Assembly (NCBI GenBank): GCA_009779745.1
Contig: WRDR01000003.1
Span: 18,544 to 82,543, forward strand
Reading direction: 5' to 3'
Length of the DNA stretch: 64,000 bases
Source: Alphaproteobacteria bacterium
GTDB lineage: Bacteria; Pseudomonadota; Alphaproteobacteria; UBA9219
Of the stretch, positions 18,153-26,628 are shown piece after piece. The notes beneath the pieces are model-generated. The model saw only the letters and a program-made list of their open reading frames with translations. It did no database searches and was not told the origin of the DNA. Positions within the stretch are counted from its first letter, which is position 1, and each line of letters starts with the position of its first letter. A program made the position numbers and the translations under genes.

Positions 18153-18167
18153 TTAATTTTGTGTTAA
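18153..18167. promoter_or_regulatory. TTAA-N7-TTAA match in the AT-rich spacer upstream of the 18250 ORF and of dinJ
   Basis: TTAATTTTGTGTTAA read directly. The context is very AT-rich, so it could be a chance match or the TA operator/promoter region. Confidence 0.2.
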
Positions 18168-18249
18168 AAGTGTTTTTATTAGTTTCTGGCTATAATCCGT
18201 TGTATATGATATTTATATCTTTTTTTACTCTAATTTATAGGAGATTATA

Positions 18250-18573
18250 ATGGAGCGGCGGTATAATGGTTTTAAATTTTATGATAGTCCTGAAATAACT
18301 CCAACCGAAAGAGTGCTTGCTGATGCTGGTTTAACGGCTGGTATTATTGTTGGTGCTTATGCTGGTATTATTGTTAATGATGCTGTTGGTGATGTTGTTG
18401 GTAGATATTTTGCTGCTAAAGAACAAGCATTCCAGCAGGCTCAAGCACCTCTCACTGAAAGGAAAGCCTCTAAGTACAGCAGTATAGACCCTATTATAGA
18501 CCGTAATGATATTTCAAATGAATCACTTTCCGGATATGCTCATCGACAGACAGGGTTAAAGAAAGAGTTATAG
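18250..18573 (+). CDS. Hypothetical small protein with a glycine-zipper-like hydrophobic segment
   Basis: 107 aa with a TAGGAG RBS. Segment AGLTAGIIVGAYAGIIVNDAVGDVVG is encoded by an internal 15-nt direct repeat (GCTGGTATTATTGTT x2), with almost every codon ending in T. Confidence 0.45.
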   Translation: MERRYNGFKFYDSPEITPTERVLADAGLTAGIIVGAYAGIIVNDAVGDVVGRYFAAKEQAFQQAQAPLTERKASKYSSIDPIIDRNDISNESLSGYAHRQTGLKKEL

Positions 18574-18626
18574 AGGAGGGTGTTAAAGTATGTTTTGACG
18601 GGTAATTAGAAGGTGTAAAGAAAGAA

Positions 18627-18683
18627 GTGTGGAGTTAAGAATATTTGCTAATTCCTTATTTCTAATTTCTTCCAACTCCACAC
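18627..18683. terminator. Stem-loop between convergent genes (GTGTGGAGTT...AACTCCACAC)
   Basis: Perfect 10-bp stem read directly, extendable by AAGAA/TTCTT. It is built from GTGTGGA-type and TTAGAAG-type heptads and sits between the 18573 stop (+) and the 18699 stop (-). Confidence 0.6.
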
Positions 18684-18698
18684 CCCACATTCCACACT

Positions 18699-19088
18699 TT
18701 ATCTACCGCCTCTTGGTGCTGTAAGCTGCCTTACGGTTTCGTAGGTTTGTTGTATCAAAACTCTTGCATCATTTGCGATTACAGAGTTGACGCGCTTTTG
18801 GTCGTTTTCAGCTTCAATGCTGACGCAATCCATGAATTTCTGCGCTCTTTCAGCAAACATATTGATGTCAAACTGCATAGCGTTCATTCTGTTGCCGGCA
18901 GTTTCCGGATCAGCATAAGCCCAAGAAGGAGGCACTTCAGGCTTTTCGCACAGAGTGGAGTGCCATTGCATTATATTACCGTTAAAACGAACTTCTCCGG
19001 CAAAAGACTGAGAAGGAGCAGCAAGTATCGCCAATCCCAGACAGGAAAGTACAGCGGCTCTTAAAGAGAAATCAGAAATTTTAGACAT
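18699..19088 (-). CDS. Hypothetical secreted protein
   Basis: 129 aa with a signal peptide (...LAILAAPSQSFA|GE) and two cysteines in the mature part. I recognise no family. Confidence 0.5.
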   Translation of the reverse strand: MSKISDFSLRAAVLSCLGLAILAAPSQSFAGEVRFNGNIMQWHSTLCEKPEVPPSWAYADPETAGNRMNAMQFDINMFAERAQKFMDCVSIEAENDQKRVNSVIANDARVLIQQTYETVRQLTAPRGGR

Positions 19089-19217
19089 TTTTTTTTACCT
19101 TTCTGTTAAAACGTAGTAGACTTAGTTGTAGAATTCGCAGATGACATATGATTAAATATGCATCATATATGCGCATAGTAACGCAATATTGTAAATCAAT
19201 CAAGTAAAGGTTACAAC

Positions 19218-20537
19218 ATGATACCTAGATATTCAAGAGAAGAAATGACAAAAATCTGGTCTGCCGAACATAGGTTCAAGATATGGGAAGACATAGAGGT
19301 TAACGCTTGTGACGCCTTGGCAGAATTGGGGGTTATTCCTAAGCAAGCTGCTGAAAACATACGCAAAAACGCAGGCTGGAATATTGACAGAATTGATGAG
19401 ATAGAGAAAACTACAAGACACGATGTCTTGGCTTTTTTAACCAATATGTCCGAAAATATCGGCGAGGATGCCAGATTTTTACACCAAGGCATGACTTCCA
19501 GCGATGTTTTGGATACTGCGTTTGCAGTCCAGCTAAAAGAATCCAGTGACCTATTACTGGAGGGTTTGGAAAAAGTCCTCAAGGCTCTCAAGGTAAAAGT
19601 AGAGGAAAATCTATCTCTCATTACTATAGGCAGGAGCCACGGAATTCATGCGGAGCCTACCAGTTTCGGGCTTAAACTTGCGACTCACTATGCCGCATTT
19701 TCCAGAGCCAGAAAAAGACTCACTGCCGCTAAGGCGGAAATAGCTACTTGCGCTATATCCGGACCTGTCGGCACTTTTGCAACAGTAAATCCTTTTGTAG
19801 AACAATTCGTAGCTAAGAAATTAGGTCTCAGCATAGAGCCTATTTCTACTCAGATTATTCCCAGAGACAGACACGCTATGTTTTTTGCTACGCTGGGCGT
19901 GATTGCTTCCTCCATAGAGGCTTTCGCTATCGAGATACGCCACTTACAGCGCAGCGAAGTTCGGGAAGCAGAAGAACCTTTTGCTAAAGGACAAAAAGGT
20001 TCCAGTGCTATGCCTCATAAACGAAATCCGGTGCTGGCTGAAAATCTAACAGGGTTAGCGCGAATAATCAGAGCTGCTGTTGTGCCTGCTATGGAGAACG
20101 TTGCTTTGTGGCATGAACGGGATATTTCTCACTCTTCCGTAGAAAGAGTAATTGCTCCTGATGCTACGATAGCTCTGGATTTTGCTCTGTCTAGGCTTGC
20201 TTCTCTTATCGAGGGTATGACTGTTTACAAGGAACGAGTCCTTGAAAATCTTAATTCTTTGGGCGGACTGCATTTTTCTCAGCGTCTTCTTCTGGCTCTG
20301 ACGCAAAAAGGCATGAGCAGGGAACATGCCTATGCTAAAGTTCAGTCTGTTGCTATGGAGCTTTGGCACGAAATACAACAAGGCAAAAAAGTACACTTCA
20401 AAGACAAAGTTCTGTCGGATTCAGAGATACAAAATCTTCTGTCTCAGTCCGAGATTAACGCTTGCTTTGATGATGCTTTCTATATACAACACGCTAATCT
20501 AATATGGGAGAGAGTTCTTCGGGAAATGGAAAATTGA
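19218..20537 (+). CDS. purB: Adenylosuccinate lyase
   Basis: 439 aa. MIPRYSREEM..IW, TTRHDV, GRSHGIHAEPTSFG and the SSAMPHKRNP signature. The last residues (..REMEN) are encoded by the heptad repeat. Confidence 0.95.
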   Translation: MIPRYSREEMTKIWSAEHRFKIWEDIEVNACDALAELGVIPKQAAENIRKNAGWNIDRIDEIEKTTRHDVLAFLTNMSENIGEDARFLHQGMTSSDVLDTAFAVQLKESSDLLLEGLEKVLKALKVKVEENLSLITIGRSHGIHAEPTSFGLKLATHYAAFSRARKRLTAAKAEIATCAISGPVGTFATVNPFVEQFVAKKLGLSIEPISTQIIPRDRHAMFFATLGVIASSIEAFAIEIRHLQRSEVREAEEPFAKGQKGSSAMPHKRNPVLAENLTGLARIIRAAVVPAMENVALWHERDISHSSVERVIAPDATIALDFALSRLASLIEGMTVYKERVLENLNSLGGLHFSQRLLLALTQKGMSREHAYAKVQSVAMELWHEIQQGKKVHFKDKVLSDSEIQNLLSQSEINACFDDAFYIQHANLIWERVLREMEN

Positions 20538-20562
20538 AAATGGAAAATGGAAAATTAAAAAA
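20521..20562. repeat. Tandem heptanucleotide repeat, GGAAAAT/TGAAAAT family (about 6 units)
   Basis: GGGAAAT GGAAAAT TGAAAAT GGAAAAT GGAAAAT TAAAAAA read directly. It contains the purB stop (TGA 20535-20537) and the ATG (20540) of the next gene. Confidence 0.95.
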
Positions 20563-21277
20563 TAAATTTTTGTTTGCTGTTGTTTTAATAACGGCTGCGT
20601 TGTCTTTATCCGCTTGTCAAAGCGGAGACTTCAATCAGAGTCCCGGCACCGATAACGCATATGTTGTAAAAGGCTCCAATGATGCTGAACGTCTTGTGTC
20701 TCGTTCTACCTACACATTCAAAAGCATGATGGGCAGCGGAGATTATCCTGCGCTGGTAATGTTAGCTGCAAGAGCCAGAGCTATAATCATTTTCCCTAAC
20801 ATGATACGAGGCGGCTTCATAGTAGGTGCTCGAGGCGGCAACGGTGTAATGCTTGTAAGAGACGACAGAAAAGGCTGGAGTGAGCCGGCCTTCTATACTT
20901 TCTCCGGGCTTAATTTCGGTCTGCAAGCAGGGGGACAGCTCTCTGAACTTGTTATCACTGTCATGTCGGATAAAGGCGTGAACGCTATCATGGACAGAAG
21001 CATGACTTTCGGCGGAGAGGCCGGCGTTACATTTTTGGATATGAGCAATATGTTTCAAGCATCTACAGGGTTGGACACTAAAGCAGATTTCTATGTCTTT
21101 TCAAGATCGGAAGGCTTATTCGGCGGATTGTCTCTGGACGGCTCCGGTTTTGTTCCAATAGATAAGCTAAACAAACAACTGTACGGAATAGGGGCTAATC
21201 AGAAGAGTATTCTTATTCACAGAACTTCCGGTTCAGATTCTAAAATAGTGCGTGAACTAGTAGAAGCTATGCCTTAG
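20540..21277 (+). CDS. Lipoprotein with SYLF (Ysc84/DUF500) lipid-binding domain
   Basis: I prefer the start at 20540 (MENGKLKNKFLFAVVLITAALSLSAC, lipobox LSAC). IIIFPNMIRGGFIVGARGGNGVMLVRD..GWSEPAFYTFSGLNFGLQAGG is the SYLF pattern. Confidence 0.7.
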   Translation: MENGKLKNKFLFAVVLITAALSLSACQSGDFNQSPGTDNAYVVKGSNDAERLVSRSTYTFKSMMGSGDYPALVMLAARARAIIIFPNMIRGGFIVGARGGNGVMLVRDDRKGWSEPAFYTFSGLNFGLQAGGQLSELVITVMSDKGVNAIMDRSMTFGGEAGVTFLDMSNMFQASTGLDTKADFYVFSRSEGLFGGLSLDGSGFVPIDKLNKQLYGIGANQKSILIHRTSGSDSKIVRELVEAMP

Positions 21278-21288
21278 GAGAGGAAAAA

Positions 21289-22569
21289 ATGGCTAAGATT
21301 AATATCGGATTAATAGGACTGGGAACAGTCGGCGGCGGAGTCTTTAAAGCCCTTCAAGGCTTTGAAGATGTCTGTATAAAAAAAATAGCGTTAAAAGATA
21401 TAAACGCAAGAAGAAGAGATATTGAAAATCTCGATATTTCTTTGCTGACGACAAACCCGTATGAAATAATAAACGATCCTGAAATCGATGTGGTTGTTGA
21501 GGTAATGGGAGGAACTGACCCTGCTCTTGATTTGATAAAAACAGCAATTAATAACGGCAAACACATAGTCACTGCCAACAAAGAATTGTTAGCCAAGCAC
21601 GGTAAAGAATTATTCCATCTTGCCAATGAAAAGAATGTTGTTATTCTGTATGAGGCTGCTATTGCAGGCGGTATACCTCTTATTATGCCGATAAAAACAA
21701 CTCTTGCGGGCAACAAAATCCATAAAATCGCCGCCATACTTAACGGCACAACAAACTATATCTTAACTAAAATGGAAAAAGACAACGCCTCTTACGGAGA
21801 TGTCTTGTCTGAAGCTCAAAAACTTGGGTATGCCGAAGCTGATCCGGCAGGTGATGTTGAGGGATTTGATTCAACTTATAAAATCGCCACGCTTGCAACT
21901 ATTGCGCTTAACCAGCGCGTTTTTACAGACAAAATTTATCGTGAAGGCATAACCAAGATAACCGCAGATGATATTAAGTTTGCACGGGATTTAGGATACA
22001 AAATAAAGCTTATTGCTCTGGCGGAAATCACGGAAAATAACCTTGCTGACGTTAGAGTGCATCCGATGCTTGTGCCTGATACTAATATTTTATCTACGAT
22101 CAACGGTGTAACAAATGCCGTGCTGCTTGAAGGATTTCCAGTAGGCAAGATTATGTTTGCAGGTCCGGGCGCAGGTGAATTGCCTACGGCAAGTTCCGTT
22201 GTCGGGGATATTTTGGCAATACAAAGAGATATAGGAGCATCGCAGGTTCTTCCGATGATGAGATGCTGTCACACGGTTAATTCAACACAGCTTGATATTA
22301 ATGAAACTGAAAACAAGTATTATATTTTAATCACAGCAGCAAATGTTCCGGGCGTAATCGGTATTATAGGCGAAATTTGCGGACGCAATAATATAAATTT
22401 ATACAGCCTTTTGCAAAACGTTCAAAAATATGAGCAAACGGACAGCACCGCACAGATAGTTGTTATTACCGGAAAATGCAAAGAAGCAAATATCCAAAAC
22501 GCAATCAGCGAACTGAAAAACAGCTCAAAGATAGTGAATGTGAATAATCTTATAAGAGTGATGGAGTGA
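21289..22569 (+). CDS. hom: Homoserine dehydrogenase
   Basis: 426 aa. GLGTVGGGV, NGTTNYILTKM, LGYAEADPAGDVEGFDSTYKIA and a C-terminal ACT domain. Confidence 0.95.
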   Translation: MAKINIGLIGLGTVGGGVFKALQGFEDVCIKKIALKDINARRRDIENLDISLLTTNPYEIINDPEIDVVVEVMGGTDPALDLIKTAINNGKHIVTANKELLAKHGKELFHLANEKNVVILYEAAIAGGIPLIMPIKTTLAGNKIHKIAAILNGTTNYILTKMEKDNASYGDVLSEAQKLGYAEADPAGDVEGFDSTYKIATLATIALNQRVFTDKIYREGITKITADDIKFARDLGYKIKLIALAEITENNLADVRVHPMLVPDTNILSTINGVTNAVLLEGFPVGKIMFAGPGAGELPTASSVVGDILAIQRDIGASQVLPMMRCCHTVNSTQLDINETENKYYILITAANVPGVIGIIGEICGRNNINLYSLLQNVQKYEQTDSTAQIVVITGKCKEANIQNAISELKNSSKIVNVNNLIRVME

Positions 22570-22574
22570 AAACT

Positions 22575-25112
22575 TTAGCTATCCATCTCCATAATCTCTT
22601 TGACCTTGCTGGCGAGCTGCTTTAGTGAAAACGGCTTAGGCAGGAAGTATATAACTTCATTAGACGAGAACTGTTCTCTTAAGCGATCTTCCGTGTATCC
22701 GGACACAAAGATAAATTTCGTCTTTATAGCCTTTTGCCTTATTGCTTTGTACAGTGTAGGTCCGTCCATTTGAGGCATAACTACGTCAGATACTACTAAG
22801 TCTACAGCCTTACCGTGCTCTTCAAGCACTTGTAGTGCTTCTTCTCCGCTGCGGGCTTCCAGCACATTATATCCTTTGTTTTTTAGTGCTCTTGTAGAGA
22901 ATACCCGAACTGCATCTTCATCTTCTACCAACAATATAGTTCCGGCTCCCGTAAGATCAGACTCCGGTTTGTTGTTTTGCTCAATGTCTGATGTCCCGTT
23001 ATCAGGGTGTTCTTCAGGCTTATAAAGCGGCAGGTATACCGTAAACGTAGTCCCTTTATCTATGACACTCTCTACATTTATAAATCCTCCTGTTTGCCTT
23101 ATGATGCCGTACACTGTTGCCAGACCAAGACCTGTTCCTGCGCCTATCTCTTTAGTTGTGAAGAACGGATCAAAAATACGCTGCATATTCTCGGGTTTAA
23201 TTCCGGTACCCAAATCTATAACCTCAATAACAACGTAATCACCGGCAGGCATACTATCCTGTCCTCTCATGATGCTGGTCTCTTGATGATGGTTCCTTGT
23301 CTTTATAGTCACAACTCCGCCGTTAGGCATAGCGTCTCTGGCATTCACTACCATGTTTACTATTACTTGCTCTAATTGCCCTTGATCCACTTTTATAAGA
23401 CCTACATCTCGTCCATGTATCGTGTCTAAGCGTATCTGCGCTCCTATCAGCCTGCGAATCATACTGCCCAAATCTGAGAGCGCATCGGATACACTCAAAA
23501 CCTTCGGCTGCAGAGTTTGTTTTCTGGAAAATGCCAGTAATTGACGTATTAAAGTCGCAGCTCTGTTGCCGTTCTGTTTAATCTGTGTAATATCGTTGAA
23601 ACTCTGATCTCCGGGCTTATGCCTTTGCAGCAGCAGATCGCAAAATCCCAGCATCGCCGTAAGAATATTATTAAAGTCATGAGCTACTCCTCCGGCTAAC
23701 TGCCCTATAGCCTGCATCTTCTGAGACTGAGTGTACTGTAACTGCAGCTGCTTTTGCTCTGTAGAGTCTATGACATAAATCATAAGAGCAGTCTGTTCTC
23801 TTGGTCCGTCCTCTTCCTGTTTTGAAAAAGCAAACTTTTTAACAAAAAACTGCGCAGTAACTTCATTGCTCCATAAAACCTTCACTTCTATCGGCTTCAC
23901 ATACTCGTTGTTGTGCAGCACTAAAGATAGAGTATGTTTGAACTCTTTCTTGGACTCCTCCGAAATAATATCTACAATCTCTATGCCGGTAAGAGAATCT
24001 CGTTTGCGTCTTGTAATAGCGCAAAACGAGTTATTACATTCCATAATCCTGTACTGATCATCAATAAGAACAACGCCGATAGGAGCCTCGTCAAAGAGTT
24101 TCTGAAAACGCTTTTCGGATTCAGAGAGGGCGTACTGCCATTCTATTTCCGGAGACAAATCTCTGACAACGGATCTGGTTCTTAAACCCTTTCCGTCTTC
24201 GTCAACAACGATAGTCTGAGTTATATAGACAGGAAAAACAGAGCCGTCTCTGCGTCTTAAAATAGCTTCTCCCTGCGTTTCGCCTGACGCTCCTGTTGAG
24301 ACGGCATGTGCCGCAATACGTTTGGGCGGATCTTTAAACACATCGTGCAAATGAACATCGCCCTTTACAAGCTCATCTTCTTTGACCTGAAGCCACTGGG
24401 CTAGGGTTTTATTCGCAAAACGGAAAAGCCCGTACTGATCTACGGCATAAATTCCAACAGGCGCATTGTTCATAAAATCTACGAGAGCGGATTTTTCATC
24501 AAGCATAGCCTTTTCCATTCGGCGGCGTTCGCTGATATCGTCAAAACGCCACAGAGAAAAAGTAGGGTGTCCTTCAAGAGGTCTGGCAACTATACGCCGC
24601 CATTCTATGATTTTGCTGTCTCTGACAACAGGCAGTTCAGCCACTCCTGCATGACCTTTTTGCAAAGAGATTTTAATTTGATTGAAGCTTTCGGAAACCG
24701 CAGGGCTGGCAGAGAAACGCTTGGACAGAGCGTCTTCAGCCGAAAGAGTTCCAATATCCAGCCAGCCGCGAAAAGCTCTGTTAGCCAGAACAGCATTGCC
24801 GGAAATGTCTGTGACTAGCTGAGGAGTGAGAACGCCGTGAAAAGCCTCGTCCAGCAGCTCTTCATGGAAAGAAGAGTTTTTAGGTGGAGAAGCAGAGCTC
24901 AGAGAGGCCGCAGCAAGTTTAGCGAACAAAAGAAAGAGGATAAAGAAAATAAAACTTAGAGATACCTGTAAGACAGGAAAGGGAGAAGACAAAGGAATTA
25001 AAATAGAGGCCAGAATACCGAGAAAAGCGAAAATATAGATGAACCGAACCGCCGGAGCAGCCGAGGATATAAAGTTATTAAGAGAAGATAAGCGAGGAAT
25101 ATTAGCGGGCAT
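22575..25112 (-). CDS. cckA: Hybrid PAS sensor histidine kinase/response regulator, CckA-like
   Basis: 845 aa. The domains in order:
- N-terminal TM segments.
- PAS repeats.
- H-box GQLAGGVAHDFNNILTAMLGFCDLLL.
- HATPase (NARDAMPNGG, DLGTGI, GTGLGLATVYG).
- C-terminal REC (ILLVEDEDAVR..SDVVMPQMDG..KP).
The architecture and H-box match CckA. chpT, divL and rcdA are also present in the window. Confidence 0.7.
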   Translation of the reverse strand: MPANIPRLSSLNNFISSAAPAVRFIYIFAFLGILASILIPLSSPFPVLQVSLSFIFFILFLLFAKLAAASLSSASPPKNSSFHEELLDEAFHGVLTPQLVTDISGNAVLANRAFRGWLDIGTLSAEDALSKRFSASPAVSESFNQIKISLQKGHAGVAELPVVRDSKIIEWRRIVARPLEGHPTFSLWRFDDISERRRMEKAMLDEKSALVDFMNNAPVGIYAVDQYGLFRFANKTLAQWLQVKEDELVKGDVHLHDVFKDPPKRIAAHAVSTGASGETQGEAILRRRDGSVFPVYITQTIVVDEDGKGLRTRSVVRDLSPEIEWQYALSESEKRFQKLFDEAPIGVVLIDDQYRIMECNNSFCAITRRKRDSLTGIEIVDIISEESKKEFKHTLSLVLHNNEYVKPIEVKVLWSNEVTAQFFVKKFAFSKQEEDGPREQTALMIYVIDSTEQKQLQLQYTQSQKMQAIGQLAGGVAHDFNNILTAMLGFCDLLLQRHKPGDQSFNDITQIKQNGNRAATLIRQLLAFSRKQTLQPKVLSVSDALSDLGSMIRRLIGAQIRLDTIHGRDVGLIKVDQGQLEQVIVNMVVNARDAMPNGGVVTIKTRNHHQETSIMRGQDSMPAGDYVVIEVIDLGTGIKPENMQRIFDPFFTTKEIGAGTGLGLATVYGIIRQTGGFINVESVIDKGTTFTVYLPLYKPEEHPDNGTSDIEQNNKPESDLTGAGTILLVEDEDAVRVFSTRALKNKGYNVLEARSGEEALQVLEEHGKAVDLVVSDVVMPQMDGPTLYKAIRQKAIKTKFIFVSGYTEDRLREQFSSNEVIYFLPKPFSLKQLASKVKEIMEMDS

Positions 25113-25175
25113 GGCGGATTATAATAAAGCGTTGAATCAGAGGATTTAAACTAGATATATGATAATGAAGTAGAA

Positions 25176-25190
25176 TTAACAGTGTCTTAA
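25176..25190. promoter_or_regulatory. Candidate CtrA box (TTAA-N7-TTAA) upstream of cckA
   Basis: TTAACAGTGTCTTAA read directly, 64-78 nt upstream of the cckA ATG (25112, minus strand). Confidence 0.3.
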
Positions 25191-25289
25191 TATAAAAAGA
25201 ATTAAAAAAAATAAGAATTTTATTGACATAGCAAGTGTAAAAATGCAACAAGAGAGCGGATATTAGGGACTTAAGAGGGGGGACATCAC

Positions 25290-25366
<77 letters not shown>

Positions 25367-25379
25367 AAATGAACAATCC

Positions 25380-26545
25380 TTGTTGAGGGAGTGGGAACTG
25401 AAAAGAAAGTACGATTCCAGTGAGATCAAGACCATTTTAATATGTACGAATGGAAGCGTACTAGGTGATGCATTAAGGACTAGGGCTTTGCTGAGTTCCA
25501 TGCGTCAGACGTTCCCGGATGCAGAGATAACATATCTATCTATAGGGTATACCTCATACCAGACTCCTTTGTTCGAACCGATTGTAAGAAGACCGGCTGT
25601 TATTCACGGCAAGAAATACAACCGACCTCTGCTCGACAAGGTGATTGTGGAAAAAGAGGGCGGGGGGGGGGGGGGGCAGAAAAAAAAAAGCGCGCGCGCG
25701 CGGGGGGGGGGGGGGGAGGGGGGAGGGGGGGGGGGGGGGGGGGGGGGGCAGGCAAAGACAAGCTATATGATGTGGTTATAGCTATGGAGCGCAGGCTCCG
25801 ATCAATACTATGCACGAGGCAGATACCTCACAGGTGGTTCATTTCTTATTCTATGCTGTGGCTTTTTTCCGATTTAAAGCCGGTTACGCACAAAAGAAGT
25901 GAAAAAAGCCTTCTTGAGAATTTTTACGCCTGTGTAGAAGCCGCCAGTCAGAAGCCAGCCCCCAAAGCCGATATGCGTTTGCCGGTTTCAGCAGAGGATG
26001 AGCTAGAGGCATTGCGCCTGTTGCCGGATATAGGCAAAAAATACGTGGCTCAGGTTCCGGGAGCAGGAGATAAAGCAAAGTGCTGGTCCCTTGAAAAGCA
26101 TATTGAGCTTGCAAAGAAACTGTATGAAACAGGACATATGCCTGTCTTTATTTTAGGCCCTGCTGAATATGAATGGGAGGAATTATTAAAACAAGCAGTT
26201 CCTTTCGCCAAATTTCCGCTTCAAGAAACTCAACGCGAAAGTTCGATTTTTCTGACAGCGGCGATTTCCAGTCGGCTGGATGCCGCAGTCACTAATGACT
26301 GCGGCACAGCGCACATCCTAGCAGCCGGCATTGTGCAGGAGAAAGAGTCGGCACCCCTGCCAATTATAACCCTGTTCGGCAAGACAAACGCCAAGAAGAA
26401 TGCTCCGTTTACTAAACGAGCCATTGTCATCACAGCATCCGATTTCGTAAAAGGATCTAAAAACATAGACGACATACCATTCAATGCTGTCTTTAATGCA
26501 GTAATAGAACAGTTGGGTGAAGTTAAGGTTAAGACAAGTTTTTAA
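25380..26545 (+). pseudogene. Glycosyltransferase family 9 (heptosyltransferase-like) gene, split into two frames by a low-complexity block
   Basis: N-terminal part (frame of 25380): KTILICTNGSVLGDALRTRALLSSMRQTFPDAEITYL. C-terminal part (frame of 25772): KLYDVVIAM...GAGDKAKCWSLEKHIELAK...VTNDCGTAHILAAG...LFGKTNAKKNAPF. Together these give GT9 topology. The frames differ, and removing 25659-25753 rejoins them in frame. Confidence 0.7.
25659..25753. repeat. Compound low-complexity block: G15, A10, (GC)6, G15, G6, G24
   Basis: Counted directly. G run 25662-25676, A run 25680-25689, (GC)6 25690-25701, then G runs 25702-25716, 25718-25723 and 25725-25748. Nothing else in the window resembles it. 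Confidence 0.95.
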
Positions 26546-26565
26546 CCCTATAATCTATATTTTTC

Positions 26566-26582
26566 TCTTCCTGAAAGTATTT
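26566..26582 (+). promoter_or_regulatory. Copy 1 of a 17-nt exact repeat, TCTTCCTGAAAGTATTT, upstream of the 26629 ORF
   Basis: Identical 17-mer at 42801-42817. Both copies are followed by a similar T(A/T)ATGCT..ATTAAC segment, and both lie upstream of hypothetical genes on the + strand. Confidence 0.5.
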
Positions 26583-26628
26583 CCGTGCTTTATAATGCTC
26601 CAATTAACCTAGAGCATAAGGAAAAACA

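Noticed and set aside
25600-25815. Poly-proline ORF (..PPPPPPPLPPPPPPP..) on the minus strand
   Set aside because: It is simply the reverse translation of the poly-G block and has no independent support.
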